From Amphiscolops sp. MND2022 (Eukaryota), in NCBI GenBank assembly GCA_964187785.1, contig CAXLNC010001113.1, positions 62,001-126,000 of the forward strand: a stretch of 64,000 nucleotides of DNA. The letters run 5' to 3'. Under the pieces are notes generated by a model that worked only from the letters and a program-made list of their open reading frames with translations, had not been told where the DNA came from and did no database searches. Below, one piece after another: positions 61,471 through 64,000 of this stretch; positions within the stretch are counted from its first letter, which is position 1; each line of letters begins with the position of its first letter. Both the position numbers and the translations under genes were made by a program.

Positions 61471-61771
61471 GAAGTCCCGTCCCTTCCAGGACACGATATA
61501 TGTCTGGAACAATCAATGGCGGTGTCTGGCTTCCTCGTGTTGCCTGGACACATACCATCGCTTCTCCACCCTTTCCAGGGATGAGATCAGGTTCTTCCTT
61601 GCCAGGAGCAGCACCGCCTTCGACCACTTCGCCTGGCTCAGAGGACACTGTGATAGCGGGTTCATCATCTGCAAGAGGAGCTACCTCTGCACACCCAGAT
61701 ATCTCAAAACCAGGCCTCATTGCCACATTGTGAAGTCGAAAAGAAGTACCACTTCCGTGGGAGGTTTGAAC

Positions 61772-61900
61772 ACAAAAACGGCAAACGATCGGGTGAGCTT
61801 CATCATAAGGTGAAGGAGCACACCACGCATGAATTCTGCGACGACGCAGCATACATTGCACTGGCCAGCACGACGACGCTGGTCGCATACAGATTGCACA
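61772..61900 (-). other. PHD-like finger immediately upstream of integrase
   Basis: CAIC...QCML(R)...IHAWC...VCRFC. The fourth ligand reads CGT (Arg), one base from TGT (Cys). Confidence 0.55.
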
Positions 61901-62139
61901 TGCATCGCAGGGCACCTCTGCCACTGACTAGCAGAGGGCCCCTAACTGTCACAAGATAGAGGATGTCGCTGGGGACACCTTGGTCTCCCCGGTCTCCTGA
62001 GACACGGATCCCTTTCCAGGGTCTTGCTTAGCCTGTAACCCTGTATACGGCAAACTCACCTGGATGGGAACCAAGCCTAGGAGACTCTCCACCGGTGTCA
62101 TCAGTACAACATCCGCCTTGTCGTCAAGAGCATGATCTC

Positions 62140-63195
62140 CCAAAATCTTTAGAGACTGATTGGACAAAACCACGTAGCCACCTTTCACCTCCTTCATCGT
62201 CACGTCCTTCAACATCTCCCATGCGCTTTCAGCCGGCTCGAAGTCGTCATAGATTTTGCTCAGCTGCCATTCATGAATCCACAGGAAGGTTGACGAGAGG
62301 TACGGGTGGAGTCTCATCGTAGTGGCCATCATCATTGAGTAGTACATCAGAAGACCAAGGTACTTGAGAATTCCAGAGGTTTCCTTCGCTTCTTGAGCTA
62401 TGCGCAAGTCCATCACTGTCTGCTCCAAGGTGGTCACCGGATCATCGATCAGTCGAGGCAAAGTGATCGGTGCCACTTCGGGCGGCTGACTTAACTTAGT
62501 GAGATACTCACCCACAACATTAGACAGCCACATCATACTTGTCATCAACGCTGACTGCCATCCATGTTGTCCCAGCCGTTCCACGTCCCCTTTCGGAGCA
62601 TTGTCACACAACGACACTTGGATACCCACATTCGCAAAGGTGAACTGAGATGGATCTTGCCCCGAGGTTTGTCCCACTCGTGAGGCCCTTTCCGGGTGAT
62701 CGCTTCCTACATCTGGTTCGCCCTTCCGGGTCTGAATGAGCAACTGCGAATAGTCACTCGGCACATAGTCATAGGGCTTAATGAGTTTCCCATTGGAGTG
62801 CAGCAGCCACTTTCCAGTGTTGGTTCTGGAGACTGTGAAGTTCAACGACTCCTCCGTGCACTTGCATGCCCTTGCATGAGCTGTTCGGGTCCAGGACAGG
62901 TGCGTAACACTGTCATGTTGCTTTCGCATGTTATCACCATGCTTCACAAGAAACGCATCTTCCAACCAATCTTGTAAACCGCACTCCTGACCAAGGTTCA
63001 GTACTAGGTAGATGACATCAACCAATTCAGCTAACACATCGTGTGCAACTCCTGACTTGATGGCCTCTTCGATCTCACGTACCTCCTCAAGAAGCATCCT
63101 CCCATACTGCTGTCCTCTTTCATAACTAACGATTTTCATTGACGTCCCTTCCGGGAGACCCATGACGCTATTGAACTCCCGGGTCAACAGTGCCA
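62140..63195 (-). CDS. Two tandem MazG-like (all-alpha NTP pyrophosphohydrolase) domains; the first retains the acidic motif, the second is degenerate
   Basis: REFNSVMGLP...EEVRE...AELVDVIY...AFLVKHGDNMRK...GKLIKPYDY matches the EExxE/ExxD pattern and the DR2231/PRA-PH-like layout. Confidence 0.78.
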
Positions 63196-63519
63196 GCTGC
63201 TGAAGTGAACATCCAGTAGGTCCTGGGGATACTGCATGAGGTCTTGGGATCTGATCGACCAACTGACTCAATGCCTCGTCCACCTTTTCTGCCCTTCCGG
63301 GTCCAGTCTGCAATGCCGAGATAGAAGTGTCAATGGTTTCATCTTGGGCCTGTTCCTCACGAACGGTGGCCTCTCTCGCCTCCACATCGATCACAGACTC
63401 CTTCGGCTGGACTCTAGGCTCAGCAGATGCCCTTCCGGCGTACAGGTGGACTGGGAAGCCCTTCGACTCAAGATTCATCCAATCACGATCACTCAGTCGC
63501 TCCAAATGGCTAGGAGTGA

Positions 63520-63997
63520 ACAACGTCACAGAGAAGCGCTCCCCTTTGGTCACTTCACGGACTCGATGTTCAATAATGTCAGCCGTGAACTCCGTCCAGA
63601 CCAAAGGAACCGCACACGACTGCCACTCATCATCTCTCAGCATCTCCAGGTGACCGCCCTCATACTGTCCGAAGTTAATGGTGTAGTTGAGATACTCCTC
63701 ATGGTTGCGATAGTCCTTGTGCTTGTTCAATCCTTGTCCTTCCGACAGTTGAGTCACGTATATTCCCAGATAAGGTAGCTCCTTGGAGCAACTCGCCGCT
63801 AGTGCGTGCACCTTCATCAAGACCTCCTGGTAACGTTCCTGGAAAGTCCTCTTCACCACGCATCCCTGCTGCAAGCCTCTATTGGTTTGTGCTCCAAGAA
63901 ACAGTGCTCGCGATCCTCCCGCAATACTTGTCCTGTTATTCTGGTAGGGCCATGCGATTCTCTGGATTGTCTGCTGGGCATCGATAATTTTCTTCAT
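63520..63997 (-). CDS. 2OG-Fe(II) dioxygenase domain in the pol polyprotein
   Basis: HKDYRN (63713-63721), FGQYEGGHL, distal His in EHRVREVT (63566-63568) and ERFS (RxS). Confidence 0.85.
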
Positions 63998-64000
63998 ATA

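Larger units (their letters stand above)
46292..64000 (-). mobile_element. Copy C: giant Ty1/copia element, extending beyond the window end
   Basis: 3' LTR, PPT, ORF2 and pol domains are colinear with B and retain the segments deleted in B. Confidence 0.95.

Overview
Repeat-rich eukaryotic DNA, most likely from a dinoflagellate of the Symbiodiniaceae. This is an inference from GC-AG introns with AG|G junctions and the type of copia proteins present. About two thirds of the window is three diverged minus-strand copies of one giant Ty1/copia-type LTR retrotransposon lineage. Copy A is a 3' fragment (9430-~11763). Copy B is full length but decayed (23662->43720, about 20.5 kb, 5' LTR runs into an assembly gap). 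Copy C is better preserved (46292->64000, intact size estimated at about 22 kb). The element layout is: LTR (carrying a 152-codon ORF in frame with gag) - half-tRNA-iMet-type PBS - gag with a CCCH finger - protease - 2OG-Fe(II) dioxygenase - two MazG-like domains - PHD-like finger - integrase - RT - RNase H. A separate ORF2 of about 3,300 codons follows, encoding a DEAH/RHA RNA helicase, a C2H2 finger, a PHD-like finger and a long unknown region, then the PPT and LTR. The sense strand carries dozens of C-G-stem GNRA (GGAA/GAGA) tetraloop motifs in all reading frames and in non-coding parts, with a compensatory base-pair change between copies. The rest of the window holds several MITEs (four with T...A ends and 5-bp TSDs), a foldback-like element, microsatellites, an intron-containing DDE-transposase-like gene (14.9-19.4 kb) and exons of a host gene with a ZZ finger and a MIB/HERC2-like motif. 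No rRNA, tRNA or CRISPR was seen. All motif calls and counts were made by eye; no searches were run.
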